Assembly (NCBI GenBank): GCA_000165425.1
Contig: CT868667.1
Location: forward strand, 186,001 to 250,000
Reading direction: 5' to 3'
DNA length: 64,000 nt
Source of the DNA: Paramecium tetraurelia
Lineage: Eukaryota
The notes under the pieces are model-generated. The model was not told the origin of the DNA. It worked only from the letters and a program-made list of their open reading frames with translations, and ran no database searches. How positions within the stretch are numbered: the stretch's first letter is position 1; every line of letters begins with the position of its first letter. Below are positions 12,575 through 25,412 of this stretch, piece by piece. A program made the translations under genes and the position numbers.

Positions 12575-15500
12575 ATGAATATAATTTTAGTTTTAATTAC
12601 CATTCTAACTTTCTGCCTCTAATCACTGTAAAAATCACAAACTTGGATGCTATTAAATGATGATTTAAAACCTATCGTCGAAAACAAAGCAATATATGAA
12701 AACTTGATTTATAAGTTAAACAAAATTGAATACCAAACTATATACAATATCTCAACACCTAATATTGGGTATACCTAAGCAAGAATAATTATCGACATAA
12801 AAATGAAAAGTAATTCTTCTCACCTAGATGAATAAATAATAAAGCAAGTATTAGTCAATGACAATTTTTCTAATATTAATTGCTAAAATCTGCCTTAGGA
12901 TACAATATATTATATTTGTTCTTTAGATCTGCTAACAACACAATAAAACTTCATTGAGATAATAATTTAACCAAGTCTTTAGTTTTTTTATAGAAATCTG
13001 CAAATTTTTGTGTTACAGTGTGCCTAAAATTGTGCACTATGTCAATAGTCAACGAACGCGTGCTTAAAATGCGAAGACTAATATTAGCTTATATAAGAAA
13101 AATGCCTAAAGGTGGATGATTAAATTCACGTTCACCATTATAGTATTAATTATTTGGGAAATTCATATGAAGGGCATAAGTAATATAAAAATAAGAAGCA
13201 TTTATTGACCACCTCTATAGGAGATGCCAATAATATTATCCTAGATTACAATACAACCAATACAACTAAAGAGATTCTCATAAATAATTAGACCTAAATA
13301 GGACCATTTATATAAAATGAAGGAATAGAATACTATAACCTTAGTATTCATGATGAACCTATGAATATAAGAATAGATTACACAATCTATCTTCTTTATA
13401 GTGATTTGCCTATAGCCCTCTTTTTTTTTTAAATAAATGGATTTGAAAATAAATAGTTTTTGTCTTTCAGATAATTTGACAATTTTGAAGATTGCTACTC
13501 TTCCTAATATGCAAATTGCAAAATCCACAAATTCTCATAATTTTATTTTAATATAACACAAATAGATAATCTTAAAATAATAGGTGCATTTCCACTACAA
13601 CAGAAAATTTCAGCTTGGGCTTTAGGCAATATTAAATTTACTTAATTTGAATTATTGAAATGCCAATATAAATAGTATCAATTAGGATGTTTTAAATAAT
13701 GCCCATCTGGGACCAAAGAAGTTAATAATGTTTGTTTGAGTAAAATTTAAGAGAAATTTGTTTCTGTTGTTCAATTTTTGTTCTTTTAAACCCAAAATTT
13801 TGAGTTTTTCTCTAATAATCATATATATATTGATTCCAATGACACTTATTTTAAATATGATAATATTGTGTATCACAATATTAAGAAAAGTCTTCAAATA
13901 GATGTTAAAATTAAGAAAGTAATGAAACTTTATGTAAAGTTGATCATATTAGATGCAAATTTAACTGAAAACATATCAATCAACCTAGCCAATTTTAGCT
14001 TAACTTATAATATATCTGATATGGAACCTTTAAACGTGTCTTTAGGAAGTGATGAAGTACAGGATTATGCTTTAGAAATTGAGAATGTTAAGATTGAATT
14101 TGATAATCCTAAGGGAAATTCTAAACTGCAAATTATACGTAAAGGTTGTTTCTATAATCGCTGTAATATTTTAATATCAGAACTCTTAATATTATCTCCA
14201 AAATGTAATAATTTTTGTCATGAATGTAATGTGGAATCCGGATGCATTGAACCAACATCAGAAAGCTAGTATTGCCCATAAGGTTATTTTTATAATGACT
14301 TCTAGTGCAGTAACTGTCCTAAAAATTGCAGTAGATGCAGTTAATATAATTATTGTATAGAATGCTATGAAGGGTTTGTTCTTTTCTCTGGTGAGTGCTA
14401 TTTAAAGGAAAAAGATAAATATTCTTCTGAAGATATGGCTTCACTTACCAATCCCGTTCTTGGTAAATTCTCAAATTAAGCTTACACTTAGTGTAAGAGT
14501 TAACATTAAGTAAGAAATGTAGAGAAATGTGCTTGTTAAGATGGATATATTTTCAATGAAGCATATGAATGCCTTCATTGCGATGAGCTATGCGAAACTT
14601 GCATTTAAACTGTAAGCCATTGTTAATCATGCAGATCTACTTAACATAGAAAATTGGAATCGGGATAGTGCCTTTGTTAGGAGGGATATTTTGAAGAACT
14701 TCAAAAATAGTTTTGCTAATAATGCTTGCCCAAATGCAAACAATGCTAATACAAAGAATTCATATGTACTGAATGTCATTTGTCTTAACATAGAGTTCTT
14801 AGTTTGAATGATTGCATATGTTAGGATGGGTATTATCATGATTTTATCTAAGATAGATGTTTAAGTAAATATTATTGTTATTGTAGAATGTAAAAACACA
14901 TGTAAAAATTGTAAAGATTATGATACTTGTATTGTTTGCGATGAATTGTAATTCAGAACATTGACATTCTAAAATCAATGTATATGCAAATAAGGTTATT
15001 TCTTAAACAATTAAATTTGTGAACCTTGTCATTACTCCTGTCTTGAATGCAGAGATTCTTCAGAATTTAATAAATGTACTAAATGTACATTAGAAAGGAA
15101 AAGAAAAAGTATCCAAATGGATTATTTTGAATGTCTTTGTTAAATTGGATTCTATGATGTTGGATAATAAGAATGTTATGATTGTTAGCTCTTTGATAAT
15201 CCTCCAATTGATCATTATTGTTATGCTAATTGTGGTGATGGAATCATTTAATGGAATGAAGAATGCGATAATGGAGTATAAACTCAATCTAAAGGATGTC
15301 ATAAATGTAAATTATCTTAATCTAAATGTTAAAATGAGATTTGTTAGATTTGTAACTTGAAAGAATGTGTATAATGTTAAGATGGATATTATTTAAAAAG
15401 TGACTATACCTGTGATAAGTGTTCTCCTATTTGCAAGACTTGTAAAATAAATCCATATAATTGCATTATTTGTGCTGATAACAACCTTCAATGTTCTAAT

Positions 15501-17071
15501 TGTCTGCCAGATTAAGGATACATATATCTTGAAAATTAATGTCAAAGTATTTGTGGAGATGGTTATATTACATTGGAAGAACAATGTGATGATGGTAATC
15601 TACTCGATAATGATGGATGCAATTCTAATTGTCTAATAGAACATTATTTTATATGCGGTAACACTTGTACTAATAAACCTTCTTGGCATTTTTAAATTTA
15701 ATAGAACAAATTTGATAAGTATTATTCAGATCAAAGACAATATCATATCACCATTAAAAATTACGAATCCAATATAGATAAGGAACAATTATAATTATCT
15801 TATGTAAAAACGAATCAATTATATCCATCTAATTGTGGTTAGTTTAATTATACAATAAGTAAATCATCAATCTCAAAAATTGGCTATCAATAATTCATAA
15901 TCAAACTTCACCTTTATCAATAATGCATTGATTAATAGCTAAGTATAATGCTATTTAATGATAGCAAAATAATCTATGAAAAATAGATTTAAATTATAAA
16001 TTATTTTACCCTCTAAAATCAATTCACAACTGTATTTGATTATTTATTATAGTCATTTAATCTGTTGTTGTATTTGTATGCAATAATCTTCACTGTCAAC
16101 TTCCTATTTATTCAATCACACAAATATATTGAAATCTTGTTTATATTTTAAATGATAGCATATCATAACCATTTTGAAATTTTAACTCCAAAATACTTTG
16201 AATCCTTTGTAGAACTATTTTCCCCCTATTAAATGATTATATCTTAACAGCTCGGAATTTAAAATATACAAAAAAGTTAATAAGAAACAAATTAATTCTA
16301 ATTATAAGATAATATTGTCAGATAACTCATCTTCACAATTATTTTGATTGTTGCTTCTTCCTCATTGCGTTTAATAGTTTATATTCTCATTAGAATTAAT
16401 TAAAATAGACGCCATAAATTTAATAAGAAATTATCTTAGAAACTTTAAAGATAATTAACCTATTAATTAGTTTACTTCCTTAATTATTTTAGTTATTAAC
16501 TTTATGGATGGATAATACTCAATTAATTTAATAGTTAGATCTCAGTATATATTATTTTTATTATTTTTTGTCATATCAAAATTTATTAGTATTTTAGAAA
16601 TTAATAACCAATTCGTTTTGTTGTTCTATTAAATGCTGCTTACATTTTTATTTTAATGATGATGAAAACGAATTAGATATTTTAATTGTTATTGACCTCT
16701 TTGATTGTTGGAGTATTATTGATATCATCAATAATTGAGAAAAACTGTTTTGATTTAAAATATAAGTTATTATTAGGAAATCTTTGGGGAACTCACTTCA
16801 TTTATCTAATCTTTGAACTTTATACTTCAACAGTCTAGAAATATGAACGACTGAATTAAATTTTGGGAGGAGTGCTAATAATCAATTATTTTATACTACT
16901 TTTATTATAGATGTTTGATATTTTAAGAACTTCTGTTATAATCACAAGTATTATTATTGCAATTTATATATAGAAAAATACTATTCAAACTTCAAGGAAA
17001 GGAATAAACATAAAACTTATGACTAACAATATTTTGGTGCAATTACTTTCCCAAGCTTGTCTCAAATATGA
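12575..17071 (+). CDS. Large Cys-rich surface protein: signal peptide, furin-like CxxC repeats, Myxococcus-type CGDG repeats, C-terminal multi-TM region
   Basis: CHYSCLEC and CDELCETC repeats; CGDGIIQWNEECDNG; CGDGYITLEEQCDDGNLLDNDGCNSNC; hydrophobic C-terminus. Confidence 0.85.
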
Positions 17072-17196
17072 CATAAGTTTAAAAGCTGAATACCTTAAAT
17101 ACTTTAACTTGATTGAATATTATAAAAGAAAATTTAGTAAGTAAATTTGTATAATTAAATATAGACAGAATTTCATATTAATTAAAATATAAATAA

Positions 17197-18419
17197 ATGA
17201 TTATTTTCATTAGTGCAATCTTGTATGTTGTAAATTCTTTTGTTGGAGATCTTACATGTTCAAGTTAACTTACTCAAACCACTTGCGAGAATCTTGGATA
17301 CTGCTTTTGGGATGGTTCACTTTGTTAAATCGAAGACTGCTATAAAATAGATGAAATAGCAGCATGTAGAGCAACCGGGATTCTACACACCCCTCCAACA
17401 GTTATATGCAATGCAATTGAAATGGATTCATATAACTATCAAATATATGCAAATGTTTGTAATGAACTGAGTGATGAACCTAATGAATTGGTTTAACATT
17501 ATATTAGATACTAAGAACCCAAAAGTGGATATCCTGACAAAAGTTCTGATGGAGTCACTTTGGCTTTATGGAATACACTTTTCCCACAATTTGGATATAT
17601 AGGATAAATCTACACAATTTAAATATTAAAACAAACCATGTTGTAATTGGATTAGACTCTGGACTTATACGTCAGATATAGATCTTTGTTTTTATACGAT
17701 ACTCAATGGACATACGATCAAGAGAAAGCCATATCTTATATGTTTTAGCAATTGAGAGTAATTTATGATTGATATTATGAAAGGATGACACAACTTTAAT
17801 AAACACAAATAAAAAACCGATGATTACAAAATTATGGTCTGTTGTAGATAACTTGTTAGAAAGATTTAGAATAATTGGTAATAATTATACAGCTATTTAC
17901 CCTCTGTATAGTATAAGTTAAGTGTCCTTGTCAAGACTGCAAGCGGAATTGTCGGGTCGCAAACATCTAGCCACTTTCAAATGGTCACAATATATATAGA
18001 ATGGATACGTCCAGCTATTGGGTTATGACTTACATTAGTTTGGGTTTGAAGGTTAGTTGACTTAAGTTTACGAATTCAATGTGTATGATTCAGGGCACAA
18101 CCCATTAGCTTTGACTTATGGAATCATCTACACCTTTTCTTTTGATGTATCTACCTTACCTACCCTATACCTCTATTCATTCAATAAAGCCACTCTTCAA
18201 GAAACTTAAATAAGAGCATTGATAATAGGAGCCTTTGATGATTGTAGTTATGATTCAATTACTTTAAAATCTACTTGCAGGATTTATCCTTTAACATCAA
18301 ACACCTAATATTTCATAGGTCCATCGCTAACCGCTTGTGGGAGTATTAGTAAGAGATACCAATGTAAATAGCCTCGTTGTTTATGGACAGGCTCAATCTG
18401 CACAAATAATCCACCATGA
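17197..18419 (+). CDS. Secreted Cys-rich protein of unknown family (paralog A)
   Basis: Signal peptide; CFWDGSLC...CYKIDEIAACRA; 1 intron; ends CLWTGSICTNNPP*. Confidence 0.8.
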
Positions 18420-18956
18420 TTATTTAGATAATATAATATTTCATATCATTTTTATTTTTTATGATCTCTGTTATAAGAGGAAGGACTCCAGTTGGGAATG
18501 GTGCTGATTGAGAACTATATAATAACGCTTAAATTTGTATACCCAATACTTAATAATCAAGTCTATTGGATGAAAATAAGGACAATAATCTATGAACATA
18601 TTTTGATGTTCGATGTAGTCTAAATTTGTTATTAGGATTACTTAATCCAACACTGAAGTTTGCAGCAGGTAGATAGATTAGATATAAGTCTGAGAATACT
18701 CTATTTAAATGATGAAGTGTCCTTCTAATAGAAATTAATTGAAATCAAGTAGGAATATTTGAATAATCTTCTTTATAAAAGCCGAAAAATTACTATTAAT
18801 ATGTAAATTCCAAAATATAGTGCTACTTTTTTCTCTTCATCAACTTTTAGAAATGGAGTGATCTTTTTAATTACAATTGTAAAATCAACTTTATATATAT
18901 AACTCTTTAATAGAACAATTAATTATTATGTATATATGGTGATGATTAATAAAATT

Positions 18957-20271
18957 ATGTTTGTTTTGATATTTATCTTCATCATAACGTTATAAGCTTC
19001 AACATACGTTGGATAAAGTCCCTGCTCAACATTAACAATAGCAAATTGTGGAGCGAATGCACATAATGGAGAAGGTTGGTGTTATTGGGATAGGTAGAAC
19101 GTGAGAATAATAAATTAGCCTTCTTACTCCTCCTGCTTGCGTAACTTTACCTTGCTATCTAATTGATGAAGTAGCTGCCTGTAGAGCAGGAGGATCTTTA
19201 ATAACAGGTGGTGCATTTACAGAATGTGATTCTCTGGACACAATTAGTTTAGAATATGATAATGTTTGTTGTGATAAGGGTCTTGGTAAATTGAGTCACG
19301 GTTTAGTAAGATTCCCCATGAATTTTGATGGGTATGTTGATTCAACTAATAATGATATTCCTACTCCTATTTCAGTCTTGGATATAACTATCAGCGTCAA
19401 AGAAATGTTCAAATTGTATACTATCAACCCTTGGCTGGCATATAAAGAACTAAGTGAGTCTTAATTTGAAAGCAAGCTCAAAGCTATCTTAGAAAAATAC
19501 TTAGAGCAATCTACAAGAGACGTTCTACTAACAGAACCAAAATCTCATCCCTTCTACATTGAGCGAACAGTCTACTAGTGTCTATAACTACTAAGAGATT
19601 GGACTGTCATTCACAAGTCTTCTGATTCCCTTAGGTATGCTATCCTACCTAAGATTTGGAGTCTTGCTCTTATTGCTTTAACTAGAATGACTAAATTTCA
19701 ACCCAATTACTATCAATCCCACCATTATATTATCAACTTTGCCATAATTCCGTATTTCAAAAACTATATCAAAATACTTGGCTAAGGACATACTTTGACT
19801 ATTGATTGGAGTTCTTTCTTTTACAATAGTAATGGTTTTATGATGGTGTATTCATATCCTCCTGAGCAATTTGGAATTATCAACACTTATACTGATGTAT
19901 TTTGTATTCGTCCATTCCAAGGATCAACTGTTACATATATAGAATCAGAAAATAATTATGATAGTTCCTTCTCCTAAATTAAATTTACTTACTATTGGTT
20001 AGAAGGCACATACTCAAGTATAGACGAAACAAAGGTCAAACTATTTTAAATCACTGATGATACTTCAACTATCACAGATACCTTAGTGGTTTTTACGTGC
20101 AATTAATCTCAAAGAATATGCACAAATACTGGTAATTTTCAACCTGCACCTCCGTTGGATGGTAAAGGATAAAATTATTTTCTTGCTCCCGATACTTACA
20201 ATTCATTAAGTGATTTCAAAAGAGCATAATGTATATTAGCCTATAAAACCTGGACAACTGTTTGCACTTGA
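18957..20271 (+). CDS. Secreted Cys-rich protein of unknown family (paralog B)
   Basis: Signal peptide; CYWD...CYLIDEVAACRA; 1 intron; ends TWTTVCT*. Confidence 0.8.
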
Positions 20272-20908
20272 ATTTTGTGGAGAGAATTTAAATTTATAAA
20301 TAATTATATTCATTGCTTCCATTTATTATGATAATACAAATAAAGATTCAAAAATATTATATGTATATTAATTAGAACATTCTTAGAAAATATTCCTATT
20401 AAAATGATTTAAAAATGTTAATTTCTCTTACTAAAAATCAAAATTTTTTTTATGTTTTTAATTAATCGATTTGGATTCAAAAGAAGTTCTTAAAGAATTT
20501 TATTATTAAAATTTCTAAATATAAAACATATATAATTTAGATTTTAAATCTAAAAATCTTTTTTAGTTAATTAAATTACGTATCCCTAAAAGTAAAATAT
20601 TTATTAACAAATATCAATTTTTTTTTTAACTTGATTTGAGTAAAATAACAAAAAAAACTTACTTACACATTTTTTCTAGTTATCAATAATTATAGATGAT
20701 TAAATCACAAAAATCCTTATTATTGATAATATAAAATGCATAACATCATTAAGATACAAATTAAAAAATATATGTCCGTGAGTAAAGAGGTTCGATCATA
20801 TGAAGATAATTTCGGTTGATTATTATTATAAATGTTGAAAAATTATTGGATTCATGATATAATTTAAGTATTATAAAAATTTAATAAGAAGTTATTATTT
20901 TTATATTA

Positions 20909-22497
20909 ATGAATAAGTTCACACTGTCATTTAATGCTAAGGAGTTAGAATTAAAATACTAAGAGAATAGATACAATTTTACCATTCCTGTTTTTAAAGG
21001 AATTAGTTTGATCAGCTTTATCATTTGTGTTCTCAGAACTATACTATCATTCATCTTTGAAGAATATTTAACTCTCTATATTTTTCTAGGTTTAGGGATC
21101 TTAGTACTCATTACAACTTTTGTTATACTCTATTATAAAAAATCATGGATTGATAATTACCTCATATTTATAAATCACATACTTATGGTATACTAATACT
21201 CAGTTAATACTGGGTATGATGCTCAGGAAGCCTATCTTTTTGGATAAATGATGATGACTCTACATATAGTGATTATGCTGATATCAGATTTCAAGTGTGC
21301 CTTACTCCAATTAATCAATAACCTTATAATAAAAATTTTGATTGCAGAAATCAGCAATGGTAATATTTCACTATAAACGTATTTGTATACATTTTTTATT
21401 GCGTTTATGGCCATCTTTGTATTGTAGAGAACAAACAAGTAGTATAGATAATCGTTTCTATTTACTATCACAGATAATTCCTAAGGTAGTTTAATTATTA
21501 TCATTAGAATCCAAGAAATGTTTATTCCTTTATTGCTTGATAACCCCTTCGCTTACTTTACATTCGACCAGAATCACTTATCATTTTAAGTTCGACTCTC
21601 GAATTTTTCAGAATTTCCCTAATTCAATCAATATTAGTAGAGTTAAACTAACTTAAAGGCTCTGCTAAGAAAATATGTGATATTTGGAACTACCTTAGAG
21701 GATTTCATTTTTAATAGAGTTAACACTCATAATAACAAACTACTTGTAAACAAAATCCTTGAATTGAATAATCAAAAAAAGCCTAATGAAAAATTAATTG
21801 TAAAATATTCTGAGTTCTATATTACAGAATTGATGTTTATGATAGTAATTGATTAGAAACAATAAATTATTTTATCTTAAAATCAAAAAATAAATAAGCT
21901 AGAGAAAGGAATTAAAGTTTTTATTGGCGGCATAAATAAATTTTTGTAAGCTCAACTCCATTTAATCAATAAAGCAAATTATGACAGAAACTCTTTCTAT
22001 AAAATGTAAACTAAATTAATGTACATTCTAACTAAATTTTCTATCTCCAAAGATATTGCCCTCTCCTCCTGTGACATTAATTCAAAAATTAGTTACTTTA
22101 TTAAATTGTACCAAAAAGCCTACAATATTTAAATTTAATATAGACATCATCATGCTGATCATGATTTTTGTATAATTACAATGAAATAAATGCTTAATTA
22201 ATTACTCATCAAATTAATGACCTTTTTGTCTAAACATAATGAAGATTAAATTTCAATTGAAATTTTCTCTGAATAAAACTTTATTGATTTAATAATTTAT
22301 ACAAAATCTATAGCTGCATTACATGTATAACTCTAAAAAAAGACGAATTTTAGAAAAATCCTTAAAAAAATAGGACCATTTGATAAATTAATAGTTAATT
22401 AGGAAAGTAATTTTATCTTATTATTCAAGGTATAATTATTCGTTTATACAAAAATATGGGACATTTGGAAGATATGAATCCATTTGAATTATCTTGA
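20909..22497 (+). CDS. Multi-TM protein with an N-terminus like ciliate histidine-kinase/cyclase membrane anchors; catalytic motifs not evident
   Basis: MNKFTLSFNAKELELKYQ, ~6 TM segments, 2 introns. Confidence 0.65.
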
Positions 22498-23052
22498 TTC
22501 ATCTGATATGATTATATTTGATAAATATTGTTTTAATTTACAATTATAATTTGTATAAATAGCCTATCATTAGATGATTTAATTTCGTAGTTGGAAGAAC
22601 TTAGGACTGAAGATTTACTTCAGATCTAAAAGTTTAGGTTTATATTTTTAAATTAAGGCCAAAAAAACTTAGTATGAAAATATATTTTAAATTCCAATAT
22701 CTACTATTTTTTAAATCATTAATCTCCTGAGCTCTTCTACTTTTAAGTTTAATAATTGATAATCTTACTATTTTAGATAAATAGAGTCAGATAGTAGAAT
22801 CAAAAAATAATCATAATTATAATAAAAATTATATAAAAAAAATAACTTTATAATTTTAACTCTATTAGAATGATTCAATTATTATTTATTAAGGAAATAA
22901 TCTCAAAATTATTCTATTATGTGATTAGATATGTGCTGTAATAAAAAATATTAATTGTTCCAGAACTTATTTAATTATTTGTTTAATCTTAATTTAGATG
23001 AATAGTTAAAATTTGAGATAAAGTTTGAATTATTTGGAATATTTGAAATATT

Positions 23053-23355
23053 TCATATTTTTTTACATTCATCATCATTTTGAGATTCAATATTGTCATG
23101 AATACCAGCTCCAATTAGTAGTATCATTGACAAAAATAATGTAAATATTCCCATAATATATGTACCGATTACATATACAAGAGAATCTGGCGGCCAATAT
23201 ATCAAGTAAATAACACAGCAGATTGAATAGAACAAACATGAAATTCCTTTTATAATACAACGTTCACAACAACAGTCTTTTTTCTTTTTACATAAAGAAC
23301 AGACTTTAATCATCATTGGTTGATAGTCTTCAATTGAAAGTGTTTGATTAATCAT
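23053..23355 (-). CDS. Small Cys-rich 2-TM protein (100 aa, paralog A)
   Basis: Intronless ORF; DYQ...KVCSLC...CCERCIIKG followed by two hydrophobic helices. Confidence 0.7.
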   Translation of the reverse strand: MINQTLSIEDYQPMMIKVCSLCKKKKDCCCERCIIKGISCLFYSICCVIYLIYWPPDSLVYVIGTYIMGIFTLFLSMILLIGAGIHDNIESQNDDECKKI

Positions 23356-23516
23356 AAAAAAATTATATTATTTTTAATGAATTATTATAAACTTTGATAA
23401 ATATTAACTATTAAAAGTCTCCAAACTTATCTCATAAACTAAATTTAATTAACTCTAATTGGAATGTACGTTTAGAAATTGAAGATATGGAACAAATAAT
23501 ATTTCTTAAATAATTT

Positions 23517-23825
23517 TCATTATTCTTATTATTCTTTGAATTCGATATTTAAGCCTTAGTTGTTATCCTTTCCTAATACTTTTATTGTATTCGTCCTAGC
23601 AGCTCCAATCATATATACAAGACCAGTAATTAAAAAGACTAATGCAACAAAGCTTATAACTGTTATGCTTGCCACAGTCAAATCTATAATAAATGACAGT
23701 AAAATGCATAAACCGAAGCACAACAACGATGCAAATCCTTTTATGGCACAATCTATACAACATGAATTCGAAAATTTTTCACATAATTAACAGACCTTAT
23801 AATTTATAGACTAATAGTCATTCAT
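23517..23825 (-). CDS. Small Cys-rich 2-TM protein (~102 aa, paralog B)
   Basis: Code-6 ORF MNDYQSINYKVCQLCEKFSNSCCIDCAIKG followed by two hydrophobic helices. Confidence 0.7.
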
Positions 23826-24238
23826 TTAATTTTTTTATTAATTCTATAAAAATTCTATAATTCCAAAGAGATCCTAAATTTTAATGATGTTATTTTTAGA
23901 ACATAAATTTTATATTCATATTTCACTGTGATATATTGATATACATCGCCTAGGCTAATCTTAAAGCTAATATAAACCATCAATTAATTATTTTGGCTAA
24001 TTATAAGGATGGAGATCATGAATAAGTTATTAATCATTGAAAATTATTGTGAGAAGGTCCATATTTAGAGTATATTGATTTTTAATTTAAATTTTAGTTA
24101 AAATAATTTTTTAGGAAGCTGATGAAGATTTATGTATGTTAATAGAATTATAAATTAAGATTGATATGATATATTTTGAAAAGTTTTGATGCATTTTTTC
24201 AATCTTGAGTTTAACGTTATATAATTTAAATATAAAAT

Positions 24239-25393
24239 ATGAAAATGTAAACAATTCGGACTATTGATTTTAGCAAGGCAAATAAATAGATAAAGGATCT
24301 GTCCAATAGATTTCTGTAGAGCAAAATGCTTAGGAAGAACAAAGAGAATTGCAATCCAAATACGGGGTCTTTAGAGAGTGCAGCGAAATTACTCTTAGAG
24401 GCCTTGCAAAAACCTATCTTAAGAAATCTGAGAGATTTAATTAGGATTAAGGAATCAATGGTTTGCGAGAGAAATATTTTCGATGAAGTTTGTTCGATGG
24501 GTTACAGTGAGAATTCAGATGTGGGAGAAGGGTTCAAGATTTCTTTTGCCAACCTCAGTATCAAGTAGGAGAGCATTGTTGATTGTGAGAGCATTTAACC
24601 AACCAATGCTCCGATTCTATTGTTTATGGTGTTATAAAACATCCGAAAGAAGAAGATGATTATCTCATTTCAAGAAATCAAATATTTTATTCTTTAAAGG
24701 AACTTAAAATCAGTTAATAAGAGATTGCAGTATGCAAAGAGAGAACAATTAAGAAAGATACTAATAAATAAGAGGAAACAGGAGGAGTTATTGATGTAGG
24801 TGTACTTGAAATATTGGTCTCAGCAAACATAACTTTTGATATTTTTTGATCACTTCGGATCTAAGATTGAGAAGATTTACAAAACCAAACTCAATCAGCA
24901 TTTTAATACAATGAAATGTTAAATTCAAAGGAGAGAGGGATTTATTCGATTAACAAGGTTTGTAAATATTAAATTATTTGAATATGGATAATGTTTGAAT
25001 AAAGTCTATAAGAATTTGCATTTGCAAAAATGTTTATAGAAGGTATTCAAATAGTAAATTCAATTTTCATTTTAGCAAATTCAATCTGTGAAATAAGGAT
25101 CTCCGATTATATTTGAGTTATTGTATTAATTTCAAAATAAGTTATAGAAATAAAGCATTAAAATATTATTATTACACTCATTGAGGTAGAAGAGGAGATT
25201 GAAGTCTTTTTCATATGGATTGTAGGATTTAGATAAGATTTTTAAGAAAATAAATTGTAGATGGGGATTTAACAAATTACAAAATAAACACCAACATAAA
25301 AGAATGATGTTACCAACAAAATATTTAGTAATGGCCCTCCAAAAACTATAGGATCGATAAAAGCATTGGGTTTTGCGCAAATTAAATTAATGA
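24239..25393 (+). CDS. Hypothetical basic helical protein (~384 aa)
   Basis: Uninterrupted code-6 frame from ATG 24239 to TGA 25391-25393. Confidence 0.7.
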
Positions 25394-25412
25394 AATATTA
25401 TAAATATATTTA

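Noticed and set aside
17758..17783. In-frame TGA in paralog A (selenocysteine or readthrough?)
   Set aside because: It lies inside a canonical 26-nt GTA...AG intron whose removal restores the frame
18420..18956. Possible gene between the two secreted paralogs
   Set aside because: Only short frames broken by TGA; no recognisable motif; at most a decayed remnant
20272..20908. Long AT-rich spacers (also 22498-23052, 44594-45148, 51620-52133) as retained IES or transposon remnants
   Set aside because: No terminal inverted repeats, transposase fragments or interrupted genes seen; cannot be called without germline/somatic comparison
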